Of a stretch of 64,000 bases of DNA, positions 25,801-39,049 are shown piece after piece. Where the stretch lies: assembly GCA_028534125.1 (NCBI GenBank), contig CM052817.1:89158001-89222000 (forward strand), given 5' to 3'. Each line of letters begins with the position of its first letter. Position 1 is the first letter of the stretch. Below the pieces are notes generated by a model. It saw only the letters and a list, made by a program, of their open reading frames with translations. It had not been told where the DNA came from and did not search any database. Position numbers and translations under genes: made by a program. This DNA is from Lama glama (taxonomy: Eukaryota).

Positions 25801-26477
25801 TTTTGGCTCTACTACACTGTATAAGAAAAAAAAATGCTTTGTGTAATGTAAATGAATTTGGGCTTTGCCTTAAGGACTGTTGATGCCTTTAAATATCTGC
25901 AACAGCTTTGATTTAGGAGTTTGGAATTCATTTTAGTATTCACAGAAAGGATATTTTTCTGCTTTAGAATACTTATGTGCATATTTGTGTGAAGATGGGG
26001 AGAAATAGACATATTGCAGAAGACTTTTGAGGTAGAAATTAAAATTCTCAGAGACTGATTAGATAAGGAATGAAATTAATCAGGTATAATGTTCATTGTA
26101 TTTAAAAACTAACAGCATTAAGTACCAATCGATCAGGTTGAATGGCAAATCAATAAGAACAAACAGAGCAGCTTCACAATAACTAGGGTGCCCTGGCTCA
26201 TTATCAGCTCTGGATAAATGGAAGAGGCTGAAAATGTGTAGGCCACGTTTTTGACTTAAGTGAACACGGTTTTTTGTGACTGGGACACACTTGTGTACTG
26301 AACTATAACATGGGCTTATTCCTTTCATAAAGCAGTTTTGTGTTAGCTTCTTAGAGATTTATTGTGAGGAGAAAATAAAATATAACATTTTTGTTAATTT
26401 TCTAGAAAAAAATGGGTCAGAAATATTTGAAAAGATTTGACTTTGTACAGGAAATGTATATTTAAAATAATGCCTTA

Positions 26478-27010
26478 ATTTTTTTGAGGTATTGATATAC
26501 AACATATTAGTGTCAAGTGTATAAATAAGGGTTCTATATTTGTGTATATTAAATGATCACCACAATAAGTCTAGTTAACATCCATCTACATACCTAGTTA
26601 AATAATTTTTTGTGTGATGAGAACTTTCAAGATTTACTCCCTTAGCAACTTTCAAATATGCAATGCAGTATTAACTCTAGTGGCCACAAGGTATATTACA
26701 TCCCCATGATTTGTTTATTTTATAACTGAAAGCTTGTACCTTTTGACTGTCTTCACTCATTTTACTTACCCCACAACCCCTGCCTCTGGCAAGTATCAGT
26801 CTGTTCTCAATATCTGTGAGCTTATGTGCATGTTTGTTTTTTAGATTTCACATATAAGCCATATCATGTGGTAGTTGTCTTTCTGCCTAATTTATTTTGC
26901 TTAGCGTAATATCCTCAAAGTCCACTTATGTTGTTACAAATGACCAGATTTCATTCTGTTTTATGACTGAATATTTTTCTTGAAGTTTTATTGTGTTCTA
27001 AAATATATAT
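26478..27010 (-). mobile_element. L1 3' end (L1MA9-like)
   Basis: T-tract, then AATGATCACCACAATAAGTCTAGTTAACATCCATC, GAGAACTTTCAAGATTTACTCCCTTAGCAACTTTCAAATA, TTTTTAGATTTCACATATAAG. Confidence 0.85.
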
Positions 27011-27096
27011 ACCAGAGTAGAGATGCATAAAAGAAATATATTTGGAACAAAGGTGTCTATTAATAACATCAGTATACATTAAATTAGACATAACAT

Positions 27097-27235
27097 GAGG
27101 AGAGATGATAGCTCAGTGGTAGAGTGCATGCTTAGCATACATGAGGTCCTGGGTTCAATCCCTAGTACCTCCATTAGAAAAATAAATTGAAAAAATGAAT
27201 AAACTTAATTACCTCCCCTCCAATTTTTTTTAAAA
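27097..27235 (+). mobile_element. tRNA(Ala)-derived SINE, camelid Vic-1 type
   Basis: A box TAGCTCAGTGG (27109-27119), B box GGTTCAATCCC (27152-27162), tail ATAAACTTAATTACCTCCCC and A/T tract. Degenerate TSD AAATTAGACATAACAT / AAATTAGAACTTCAAT. Confidence 0.85.
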
Positions 27236-28822
27236 ATTAGAACTTCAATGCAAAAATATATCAGAATATTTTGACAACTTATGGTAAACCAGTATGATGC
27301 TATACACAAACACTTATTGTTGGAATTATAAAATAAATACACCCACACCAAAAAAGGTATAAATTCATTTTGTAGATATTAGTGGGTATGTTAGTTACAT
27401 TACAGGCAGTCTTGCTCCAGCTATCTCTCTTCAGTAAATGATCCGAGGTAGAACTATGACAGAAGACCATGGAAGAGTAATAAAAATAGAAGGACAATCA
27501 ATGTTGTGTACAACGTCCTAGGTCTTTGCTTTAAATGTTAGTGTAATAAATTGATACAACTTATTTCAGGATAATTTGCCAATAACAAATTTAAATGTAC
27601 ATACATATATATACACACATACGTGCTCAAGAAAGCACATGAACAGATGCTAATTATATCATGATTTTTAATAGTATACAACATTAAAATCAACTTAAGT
27701 GTACACAGGTAGACAACAAAAAATGTTTTGTATACCCTATGCCAATACACAATTAAATCTAAAACAAGTGTTGAAATGAACAAGTTAAATATGATTGCTG
27801 ACCCACAGATATGGTCAACAATGTATTGTTAAGTGACAAAAGGAATTTTTTAGTATTACATAGTATGAATGATTCCTTTGGTGAAGCTGAGAAATGAATT
27901 CTATTCTTAGGACTCCAAGGCTGCTCTGTGTTCTACTATCCTCTGATGCCTTCCAGCCATATTAACAAAAATTAGCATAAATATAGCCCTTGTGCCTTAG
28001 ATTCCCCTGATACAAAGAACCTCTGATTAATTTCAGATTGGGGCATGGGTGCCTGACAATATAGATCATCCTTAATTTGATTTAAGTTTCTGCCAAATCC
28101 CAGGAGAATAAAATAAACCATTGAACTTGTTTATCCTGACAAATGCATTCATAAACACTTATAAGGAAATGCTTATAATGCAATTAAGAAAGATTGCTAA
28201 TTACAGGAAAACAACATCGCTAAACATTATTGGAATATTGTTTTAGCCTTTTAAATAATCACATATGTGGGAAGCACTGGAATAGGAAGGACAGAAGGAG
28301 GAATAAATGAAGGGAGAGAGGGCATAAAGATTAAGTGAGAGAGTGGGGGTTAACTTTGTTTTGCAAAATCTTCAATAAATGGTTCTCACATACTTTTAAA
28401 AAATCTATGCCCCATCCACATTCTTTTAAGCATGTCATAAATGAATGAATTGAATTGCTTGGTTTTTCTCTGTAAGTGCTCTCTAGTTTCTGTTTCCATG
28501 CCTTTGTTCCTTTTTTACCTCCACAGACATGTCCTTTCCCAAATCTTTGTCTAAATCTTACCTGATGCTAAGGAGAAACTCAGAGACCACACATTTCACA
28601 AAGCCTTTCTTGATTAAACACCTTACCAGTCAAACCCCCAGGGGAATAACATGTGACTGTACACAACAATATTTTATCTAGAACTTTTAACATGTAACCT
28701 ATCCTACAAGTGCTGGTAAGTATTTTGGTTTTTGTCTCTAAATAAATAACATTCCTCATTTTTCATTTTCATTTTAAAAAGATATTAATGTTCTTCTTTG
28801 GATTGTAGTTTTTGCTTTTAAC

Positions 28823-28854
28823 TTTATTATTTCTGAAGTTTATTATTTCTGAAG
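28823..28854. repeat. Perfect 16-bp tandem duplication
   Basis: TTTATTATTTCTGAAG occurs twice in direct succession. Confidence 0.9.
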
Positions 28855-29348
28855 TGTGCTTGCCTTTTTAGAGTTTTAATGAATCACTTGAAACTTCATT
28901 TTCCTTTGAAGTTTTTACAAAGCAGTAAGTTTGATTGTTGCTTAATGAAACAATGACTTTATAGTATCATACACATGTTAGATTAAAATAAATTCTGTTT
29001 TGTCATAAGTACCATCACCACTGTTTGAAAGATATTTCAACATGATATTTTAACTTGATTTCATTTATTCCATAGATATTATAAATCTATACAAGCTGCT
29101 CACTGAAACTCTGTCTTAAGGAATCCTACAGGCTTAATATAGGCAAAATCAAAGTTACCCTGTACATCATTACAGGAAATGGGTTCCAAAGTTGCTTTTG
29201 AACATAAAACAGTTTGACCTAATCATTATTTACTATATAATACTAAAATATTATGCATTAATGTTATATGTTATATATTTTATATTAATGTATGTATAAT
29301 TACTTAGAAAATAACAAGTTGAGGTTACTGGCATTTTCATTTCATGCA

Positions 29349-29541
29349 CAGTTGACGCTTGAACAATGTGGGGGTGTTATTCCATATGTGACTTATAGTT
29401 GACCCTTCATATGCTCGGTTCCTCTGCCTCTGTAGATTCATCCAACCATGGACCATGTAGTTCTGTAGCATTTACTACTGAAAAACATTCCTTATAAATG
29501 GACCCCATGGAGTTCAAGCTGCATTGTTCAAGGGCCAACTG
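29349..29541. mobile_element. Tc1/mariner MITE, Tigger2a_Art-like
   Basis: TIRs CAGTTGACGCTTGAACAA ... TTGTTCAAGGGCCAACTG. Internal GATTCATCCAACCATGGACCATGTAGTTCTGTAGCATTTACTACTGAAAAA. Confidence 0.85.
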
Positions 29542-29789
29542 CATTTACTTTTGGCATCTATAGATGTAGGATTACTTTTCCTGAGGTAGGTAAGACAAGC
29601 CTCCTTGATGTAGTGAGGTTTTCATGATATTAAGGTTCTCACCTATTTTATTCTACCAGATAATAATAAAGCCAGGTTTTGGTATATTTGAATGTTCATA
29701 AATGTGTTATAGATTGTATTTGGTAGACAAGATTTGCTCTATTTTTCTATTTGATTGTATCTAGCAACATTTGGTTACTATTTCTAATT

Positions 29790-30050
29790 CCCCTCCACAA
29801 ACTTCATAGCTACCCCAATAGTCACCATCTTACCAAATGGTACCCCACACACCCCATTGCAAGGCCTATAGCATCTGATCCTTGACTCTTCTAAGCTTAT
29901 TATACTGTTATCTTTGTCTTGTGCTTTGACCACACTAGTCTTCCTTTCCCTTGAATCTGCTGAGCTCCTTCATAAGTTTAAATTTGAAAACCCAGTACCC
30001 GGAATAGAACTTGGCACATAGCAGCTGTCCAGTGAATAAATTAATTAATG
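29790..30050 (+). mobile_element. L2 3' fragment
   Basis: Ends AATAGAACTTGGCACATAGCAGCTGTCCAGTGAATAAATTAATTAATG. Confidence 0.5.
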
Positions 30051-30629
30051 CCTTACAACCATATATCTGAGAAAAAGTTGTGTTTTGGATGTTACTAAGG
30101 GTAGAGGTATGGTGATGCAGAAATTACAATGGTTCCACATATTGAATATTTTTCAAAAGTTCAAAATAATAATGAACACCACTTCTTTAAATCTTGAGTT
30201 ACTATATTATAAAGATAGTAAAAAATAATTTTAGATTGTTATACACAGAAACACTTAGCTCAGGGCAAAGCAATATTATCATTTCAATGAAGAATGTTGC
30301 TGCTGCATTTGCTGCACATTGAGAGTTGGCTACTGTAGACTGCACAGTTTTTGCATAGATGATGGAGTGAAGGGCACCATTTGGATCATCCCCCAGACAA
30401 AAACAGTTACTGCTCTGTAATGATGGAGCAGCTGCTGTAGGCCACTAATTGTTGCTAGTTGTTTTGGCTTTTCCAACTTGAATAGGACTCTGAAAGAGAA
30501 ACAGAGGGAGAAGAAAGCAAGAGAGAAAAAGAGGACAAAATATATTTCAAAGAGGACTGGGGCATGGGGAGATAAAGTAGACTCAGACATTATGTAGAAA
30601 CAGATGGATATTTACTGGGAGAGAGAATA

Positions 30630-30656
30630 GTGTGTGTGTGTGTGTCTGTGTGTGCA
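30630..30656. repeat. (TG)n microsatellite
   Basis: GTGTGTGTGTGTGTGTCTGTGTGTGC. Confidence 0.85.
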
Positions 30657-32104
30657 TGTCTTTGTCAGAGGTGTGAAAAATTTAACTCAGAAATCATGTC
30701 TCCTTTTCATCACAGAACAAAGAGCAGAGGAAGGGAAAATAGCCCCTGCAATGAAAATTAAGTGCTACGACTGCCAGCTGTCTTGGGTGGTTTGCCCAGT
30801 TTTTCAGGGGTTAAAAGAAAAGTTACAAAGCACAACACTTCACCTGCATCTTCATATGGGACTTTGATGTTAGAACACAGCACTTGTTTTGGCATGGATG
30901 AAATACTCAAGTTTACCTCATTAAGCTCCTCAGGGAAGTTAAGCTGCCAAAGATGATTATTTTGATTTTAATTATACAATTTTTTAAAAAAATAAAGCAT
31001 GAGAAATGTATAGAAAAATACATTTAAATTATTTTTAAAAATTTATACAGAAACCATTCCTGGGCCTATGTAATTGTAGTATAGCTACCAATACATAAAA
31101 CATTGATCTAATGTATTCATTAAGATAACCAACCAAGTTACAAACAGATGAAACATTTTGTTAATCAGAGCAACTGTACGGCTGAATGTATACAATATCG
31201 ATTTAAATAAGCGTCTTTAAATACTTTTATAAATATGTTTGATCCCTTTTCATACCATTATTTATAGTGTTTGTTCATGTGCTATTCTAATAAGGCTCTT
31301 CTTAGCTGGACATGTCTAAGAAACTAAAATCACAAATCTAATCAAGACCGGTCTGATCTGTTTCTACTTAGCAATTATTAACTAGAACTACTAACATTGT
31401 AGGTTAACAGCAAAATTTCAACTATCAAATTATTTAAGTCCAACATGAGTAAGATAAGTGTGTATATTTCTTTTATATTTTGAGGTGTTTCCTGTATTTT
31501 TTCTCAGTGACTAAATTTCATCTATTGCTAGGAGCCAGGTGGGAGAAGATGGACCCTTATATTCCAGGCTTCTGGGCTTTAAACTGCATTTGTTCTAAAG
31601 AGAAATGTGACACTTATGTGTAGCATCAAAATTAACAGCATCACTATTTTACACTAGCTCAAGTTGTAGAGGGAAGCAGTAGCTATTAACTTAGTTTAAA
31701 AAATATCAATTCAAAGGGTTTTCTCTGTAGTTCGTCAGCCTCACCCAAAACTTTATACACCTTAAAATCAAGAGGTAACCTTGAAAGCTATTTTTTAATC
31801 TACTTCCTGCAGTCAGTCAGCATTTCATGTTCATAACGTGTCCAGGATACATCAAATGCTTTGGCATCTCCTTTGCTGCTGCTGTAAGTCTTGTGACAGC
31901 CTGTGTTCTCACAATAGCTTCTTAATGTGTCTCTTCTTTCATCTCTTTGATTTGTTTTCCTAATCTAGTAGCCTTATGAAAATGGGAAATACTCCCTAGA
32001 ATTGTTTGTATAAGTTTGAACTTACCTATTTCTTTATAATTTGGTAGATAATCCTGTAAAACATTCTTGTATTTGTATTCAATTTTTATTGGTTGTTTCC
32101 ATAT

Positions 32105-32620
32105 TTAAAAACACTTTGAGGTGAAATTCACATGACAAAATTAACAGTCAGGTGACATTAATACTTTCACAATGTGGTGCAACCACCAACTCTATTAAAT
32201 CAAAACTGTTTCAAGCATAAAAAAGTAAAACCACCTACCTCTTGAATGTTTCTCCCCATTTTCCCTTCACTCCACACCAGGCAACCACCTGTCTCTATGG
32301 GTTTATCAATTCTGGATGCTTCATAAAAATGGAGCCACAGAATGGATGACCTTTTGTGTCTGGCTTATTTCACTTAGCATAATATTTTGGAAGTTTATCC
32401 ATGTTGTAGCATGTATCATAATGCACACCTTTATTAAATATGGTCAAGTAATGTTCCATTGTGTGTGTGTGTCTATCATAGTTGTTTTTTTTTTTAATCC
32501 ATTCATCCAGTGGTGGACATTTTGGCTCTTTCCACCTTCTGGATATTTTGAACAGTGCTGTAATGAATTTGTATGTACATATATTTACTTGAGTGCATAT
32601 TTTCAATTATTTTGAGTATA
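32105..32620 (-). mobile_element. L1MB-type 3' end
   Basis: TTTGAGGTGAAATTCACAT, GGTGCAACCACCA, CTTTTGTGTCTGGCTTATTTCACTTAGCATAAT. Minus-strand ORF 32370-32606 (FITALFKISRRWKEPKCPPLDEWIKK) is the L1 ORF2 C-terminus. Confidence 0.85.
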
Positions 32621-32721
32621 TTCTTTTGTCCCTAATAACACACAGTTCATTAAAGTATTATTTACCTGGTATCAATATAGGGATCCTTAAGAATTTTTCT
32701 GATACATCTTTATATCTTAAT

Positions 32722-34677
32722 TTTTTTATAATCTTAACCATTTTAAGTGTAGAGTTCAGTAGTGTTAAGTATATCCACATTGTTGTGAAACAGACCTCCA
32801 GAACTTTTTCATCTTAAAAATCTGAAAAACTGTACTTAGTAAACATTCCCTCCACTCTGTCCCCCAACCCCTCAGCTCCTGGTAAAACACAATTCTAATT
32901 TTTGTTTCATGAATTTGGCTAATTTAGATGACTCATAAAAACAAAAGAATATACTACGTGTATTTTTGTGACTGGCTTATTTCACTTAGCATTGTATCCT
33001 CAAGATTCATCAATGATGTAACATGTAACCAAGAATAATATTCCATTGCCTGCATATGCCACATTTTATTTATCCATTCACCCATCAGTAGACATTTTGA
33101 TTGTTTCCATCTCTTAACTGTTGTGAATGGTACTGCTACAAACATTAGTGTACAAATATTTCTTCAAGACTCTGCTTTCAGTTCTCTTGGGTATGTATCC
33201 AGAAGTGGGATTGCTGGATCATATGGTAGTGCTATTTTTAATTTTTTTTGACAAAAATCCATACTGTTTTGCATAGTGGTTGCACCATTTTACAATCTCA
33301 CCAAAGGTGCATAAGGGTTCCAATTTCTCCACATTCTCACCAACATTTGTTATATTCTGTTTGTTTTTTTATATAGTGGCCATCTTAATTGCCATAAGGT
33401 AATATATCTTTGTGGTTTTGATTTGCATTCAATAATTAGTGATGTTGAACATCTTTCCATATGCTTTAGCCATTTGTATATCATCTTTAGAGTAATGTTC
33501 ACGTCCATTGCCCATTTTTAAATGCATTTATTTGATTTTCTGTTAAGTTTTAGTAGTTCTTTATATATTCTGGATATTAATCCCTTATCAGATATGATTT
33601 ACAGATATTTTCTCACATTCCCTAGGTTTCCATTCACTCTGTTGTTTATGTCCTTTGAATGAAACTTAAGTTTGATGTAGTTCTGTTGTCTGTGTCTGTT
33701 TTTGTTGCATGTGCTTTTGGTATCATACCTTAGGATAACTGCGAAAACCTTTATATTTTCCTCTGGGAATTTTATAGTTTAGGCCATACATTTATGTCTT
33801 TAATTTATATTCAGTTCACTTTTATATATAGTGAAATATAAGGGTCCAATCAATTTTTTGCATATCCAATTTTCCCAGCACCATTTGTTGAAAAGACTGC
33901 CCGTGTTGAGTGGCACTGGCACCCTTGTTGAAGATGATTTGTACACAAGAGTTTATTTCTGGGCTCTCTGTTTCATTCCGTTGTTTTAACTGCCTGTCTT
34001 TGTCAACACTAAACTGTTTTGATTACTGTAGATGTGTAGTATGTTTTTAAATCATGAAGTGAATCCTACAACTTTGTTCTTTTTCACAATTGTTTAACTC
34101 TAAGGGATCCCTTGAGATTTTATACAAATTTTGACTTTTATTTTTATATTTCTGCCAAAAATTACACTGGGGTTTTGATAAGGATTCTGTCGAATCTGTA
34201 GATTGTAGTATAGATATCTTAATTTTAAGCCTTTTAATGTACACAGGGTGTCTTCCACTTATTTGTGTTTTCTTAAATTTCTTTCCACAGTGTTTTATAG
34301 TTTTCAGTGTACAAGCCTTTCACCATCTTGGTTACATTTATACCGAGGTATTTTTATTCTTCATGACTGTAAATGGAATTGTTTGTTTCCTTTTTGGATT
34401 GTTAATTTTTAGTGTATGTAAGTGCTACTGATTTTTTTTTTTAGAAGTTAATTTTACATCCTGCAACTTCACTTAATTGGTTTATTCTAACAAGTGGTTT
34501 GTTTGAATGCACGTGCAAGTTGCAAGTATAATTTTCTTTCTCCCTTTCCTATTTGACTATTTGGATGCCTTTTATTTCTTTTTCCTGATTGCTCTGGCTA
34601 GGGCTTCCAATACTACGTTGAATGGAAGTTGTGAAAGCAGGCATCCTGCTTTGTTCCAGATACTAGAGGAAAAGCTA
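32722..34677 (-). mobile_element. L1MB1/2-type element, 3'UTR plus ~1.5 kb of decayed ORF2
   Basis: ATCTTAACCATTTTAAGTGTAGAGTTCAGTAGTGTTAAGTATA, CCAGAAGTGGGATTGCTGGATCATATGGTAG, TTTTCCCAGCACCATTTGTTGAAAAGAC, CTGATTGCTCTGGCTAGGGCTTCCAATAC. Confidence 0.9.
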
Positions 34678-35039
34678 GAAGGAGAGAGCACAGGAGCTAG
34701 AGAGCAGAAGTATGACATTGCTTGTATTTAACTGGAACGAGATAACATTTAAATTTACTGTGATTATTTATATATTGAGTTTTACTTCGGCCATTGTGTT
34801 TATGTATTCATTTTCCCATACTTTCCAGCCTTGACTTCTTCTCAACAGTTTTTAGATTTATTGTAGGTTTCTGTTTACATACCTAAATGTCCCTCTTCTC
34901 TTTTTGAAAAGCTGATTTTCATTTCTTTTCTTTTAAGCATTACTTGCAATTTTACCATGTGTATTTAGTTTTATAATCAGTGTCTTTAATATATTTATCC
35001 CTATGAAAAGCATATAATACAGGCCAGATACACTGACAA

Positions 35040-38000
35040 CTTCACAACAAAGAAATTGAGGTTACAATCCTGAAAGCACATAAAATAAAATTCAAGACCA
35101 AAGCAATAAATAAAACAAAGAGGAACAATTTATGATGCTAAAAACTACATTTCAAAGTGAAGAAATAACATTTGTTAATAACTATGAACCAAATAACCCA
35201 GAAGCCCCCAATGTAAAATAGAATCTATTGAAAAATAAGGCTTTAAAGGAGACTAGGCTAATTCAGACTATTAAAATAAAGATATTTCAAATTACAACAT
35301 AATGCAAAATCAACTCTATGCTCTATACGAGAAACAATTATTTAAAAAGTAATTTAAATGACTCTAAATTAAAATTTAGACAACACTAAGTAGCAAAATG
35401 GGCAGAAAACTTAGTGATTTGGTGAAACTGGGGGGAAACAGTTTCATACTTTGGTAATGTAAAACTGATACACCTAACAGAGTAGTTTTTGGCAATATTC
35501 TACAAAAATATGAATTTACCCTTCAAGCTACCAATCCTACTTCTAGGAAGATGTCCTAAATATACACCATCGACAATATGAAAACATATATATACAAGTT
35601 AATTGTGCCATTGAGAATTACTTGTATATCCAAACATAAGAGATAGGTGAATAAACCGTGATACATAACTATGTTAGAGCATTACACAACTTTAAAAAAA
35701 GAATGAGGGAGATACCAACAAAGTGAAACAGAACAATTTCTAGGAGATATTTTTATGTGCGAAAGCAATTGCAAAATAGAATATGTAATATGCTACTTGA
35801 TGTAGGAAAGAAGAAACAGTAGATAATAACCATATTTTTGCTTGTCTACATGAAAAGAACCCCAGAAAGAATAAAGCCACCAACAATAATGACAAGAACA
35901 AGAGGTAGGATTGGGACAGTGGATGAGAGTGAGTGACACTTCTATAAGTAATCTTTGTATAACGTTGACTTCTGAAAGCATGTGAATGCTATTGATATTT
36001 TTTATATCACAGTAAGAATGGGAAGGAGGAAAAATAAAAATGAAAACAAACCAGGAGCAAATTAACCCAACTTTATTTCAAATGAATAAGATGGCCAAAT
36101 GGAAATAATTAATCAAAATATTTTATAAATACAATATATTTTTTCAGGAAATGAGTAAATGTTTTGATGTATTGAGGGCCAGGACATCACTTTAGGAGAT
36201 TTCAAATATTGGAAAGAGTAAAGGGAGAAAATGGTTGGCCAGGTTGAAGTTGGAGGCATTGATAGGGACTGATGATTTCTAAAATATGCACAGGCGTGAG
36301 CATGCAAGTACATGAGTTAGGTTCCTTAGAGAAATAGCTAATTCTGGGGCTAGTTCCAGGAAGTACAAAATGAGACTGGACCATCTTGCCATGCCAGAAA
36401 GTAAGGAGTCACTAAAAAAACAAGTGCATGTCACAAGGACACAGGTACCACCTTGAACAGGCTTCTACTGGCCAAGTCTGGGACAATTTGATCAACAAAA
36501 TATTTAAGAGTGATGACTTATAAACTTTTGAAATAAGATGTAATTCATGAGACCATACCTATAACAAACATTGGCTAGATGGATGGATAGATAGACAAAT
36601 AGGAAGAAAAAGTAGGCTATATCAGTAAATGGCCAAATGTGGACCATTATTAATGTTGGAGGCAATGATGGAGATTGAAATGATCATGTTGTAATCATCA
36701 TATTAAACACTGAAATAGCAAAAATCTCCACTAAATGATTAATCTGGGGGTGGCACATGTTGGTGAGGATCTTAAAGTGTCTCACCATGGATTAAATGTT
36801 GAAGATTGAAGTGAGTATCTAAATGTCTCAACATATATAGTGTATTAATTATGATGGAAAAAAAGTATCAACCATAGAGTGGGAATGTTTATGAAACTTA
36901 GTACAACATCTGGGTAATTTTTTCAGTAATTCTGCTGGTCCAAAAGATATATCAGACAGTTTATCTATTAAATAGATTCAAATGATTTAATAATTGTTAA
37001 ATACAAAAGACTTAATTACCATTTGAAAAAATACACACGTTGAAAGAAACAAGCATTTTCTTTCATTTCTAAATAACGCAATGGGATGTGTGTGCCTTTT
37101 GGGCATTGAACAAACTGGGAATCAAATTGAACACTGATCATTTCCATTGCTTTTTCTGTGATCTCATTTTCATCACAATGAACACTAGGTTTGCAATGTT
37201 ACGGCATTTTTGAAAGAATATAGGATGATCCCATTTAACTGGGAGCTCACCTCAGGCTAATAGTTGGTGCAATTTCTGGCAGATGACAAGTATTGGGTTT
37301 CCGTAGAAATTTAAAATCATCCTTGGTTACCCCATGTATTCACCATGGGACCCTAGACTGTACTGGCACATACTTTAAAAGCTATGTCTATAATGAACAT
37401 ATCAGTTAATACTTTGACGGTGTGATTAAAAATTAACGTGATTAATGAGGGGCAGTTGGACATTGTGTAGCCCCACATGTGATACCTATACTGAGAGAGG
37501 AAACATATAAAATATTCAGTCTAGGAGTATAAAACCTGAATCTGATAATAAGGAAGCATCAGACAAACTCAGTTGTGTTTTGAAATGAAAGTTAAAACAA
37601 CAGAGGAATGATAATTTTCAGTAATATCAATTCATAAAGTACAAAGAAATGCTAACAACATTTTCCAGATCTAAGGAGATCTGGAGAGAAATGACAGCTC
37701 AGTATAATACTTGACCCTAGACTGGATTCTTTACTGAAGATAAAAACTTACTACACAGGACTCTACTGGGACAATCAGTAAACGAATAAGGAGAGCAATT
37801 TTGGTTAAAGTATTATATTACTATGATGTTACTGATGTTTATAACTGCACTGTGATTATATAAAAGAATATCCTTATTCTTAGAAAATACATACTGAAGT
37901 ATTAAGGATAAAGGGCAATGAAATATACAAATTACCCTCAGATGGTTCAGAGGGAAAGAAAAAGATAAAGAGAGCTAGCAAAGAATAAATCAAGTGAGGT

Positions 38001-38050
38001 AATATAAAAGTAAATTTGTTATTTATCTACTTTGTAAGTATTTTGCAACA
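35040..38050 (+). mobile_element. Ancient L1 fragments (ORF2 endonuclease remnant plus L1MC-type 3'UTR), split by a Charlie element
   Basis: AAATTCAAGACCAAAGCAATAAA...GAGGAACAATTTATGATGCTAAAA (EN region), CAATCCTACTTCTAGGAA, AAAACCTGAATCTGATAATAAGGAAGCATCAGACAAAC, GAATATCCTTATTCTTAGAAAATACATACTGAAGTATT. Confidence 0.7.
36900..37390 (-). mobile_element. hAT-Charlie DNA transposon remnant, Charlie4-like
   Basis: TTTCATTTCTAAATAAC...AATGGGATGTGTGTGCCTTTTGGGCA...GGAATCAAATTGAACACTG and terminal GGCACATACTTTAAAAGCTATG resemble antisense Charlie4. Confidence 0.6.
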
Positions 38051-39049
38051 AGTGTTTTTCTTGAGAAATTCTATTGGAGGTAAAATATTTTCATGTTTCA
38101 CTCTGTATTTATTCATCAACATATGATAGGAAACCTTCCAGAAAACTGGGTGTGAGGTGGTTATTTTAAAGATGTCAGGAAATTCCTCTTACTTTGGCTT
38201 TTGATTACAAAGATTTTCTTTTCAGATACTTTTTTTCTGTTACTAATTCCATAATCTCCCTTTCAATTTTGTCATAGTCAAATCAGATTAATTATGCATT
38301 TATATTACTCATCCAATTTTGAGCTAATTAGATTGTAAATAGCTTGATCTCTTTCATATTTTAATCTCTTTTTTAAAAACCTGTGCATATTTAATTAATG
38401 TAGAAACACTGATAAATTAAAACTACAACCTTATACAGATTTTCAGATACATAAGCTACTGTTTTATGTCTTTTGAAATTAACATAAATTGAAGGATTAT
38501 AATGTTAAAACAGATGAATTTATTGCACTTATTTCACCTTCTAACACAATGTTAACGCTTCCATGATGAACACTATTTATGCAAATATCAAATTTTTTGA
38601 GCTGATGTGTTTGAAAATATAGTGATGGACAGCTTCCAGTAATGAGAAATGATCATGAATATGCACTAATGATTCCATCTGTGTTTTAACTTGCTCTAGT
38701 CTTACAGAACCCAGGCATAGTATCTTATGTATTCATAAAATAATTAACAATTATTAAAATAATGAAAGAGGAAATACGCTTATAGGCAGTGGGCAAGAAT
38801 TGCTACCATGTTGATTAATTATCCTCACCTCAGTTAGCTTGAGAAAGAAAAACAAAAATCAAAGCCTGATCACCATAGTTGATATTTTGTCAAAGTTAAG
38901 GGAGTGGGTAGGATGTGAGCCTGCTGGCCCTGTAGGATGTGGAGTCACAGAATGGAACGGAATGTAAATAGATGGTCACCTCTACTTAAATTGTATGCAC
39001 GCTACCAAAAAAGAAAAAAGTCTGCACTGAGAACCATAGTGTCCTCCTT

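Noticed and set aside
27097..27176. tRNA-Ala(AGC)-like gene
   Set aside because: The acceptor stem is degenerate and it continues into a SINE tail with TSD-like flanks, so it is a SINE rather than a functional tRNA.
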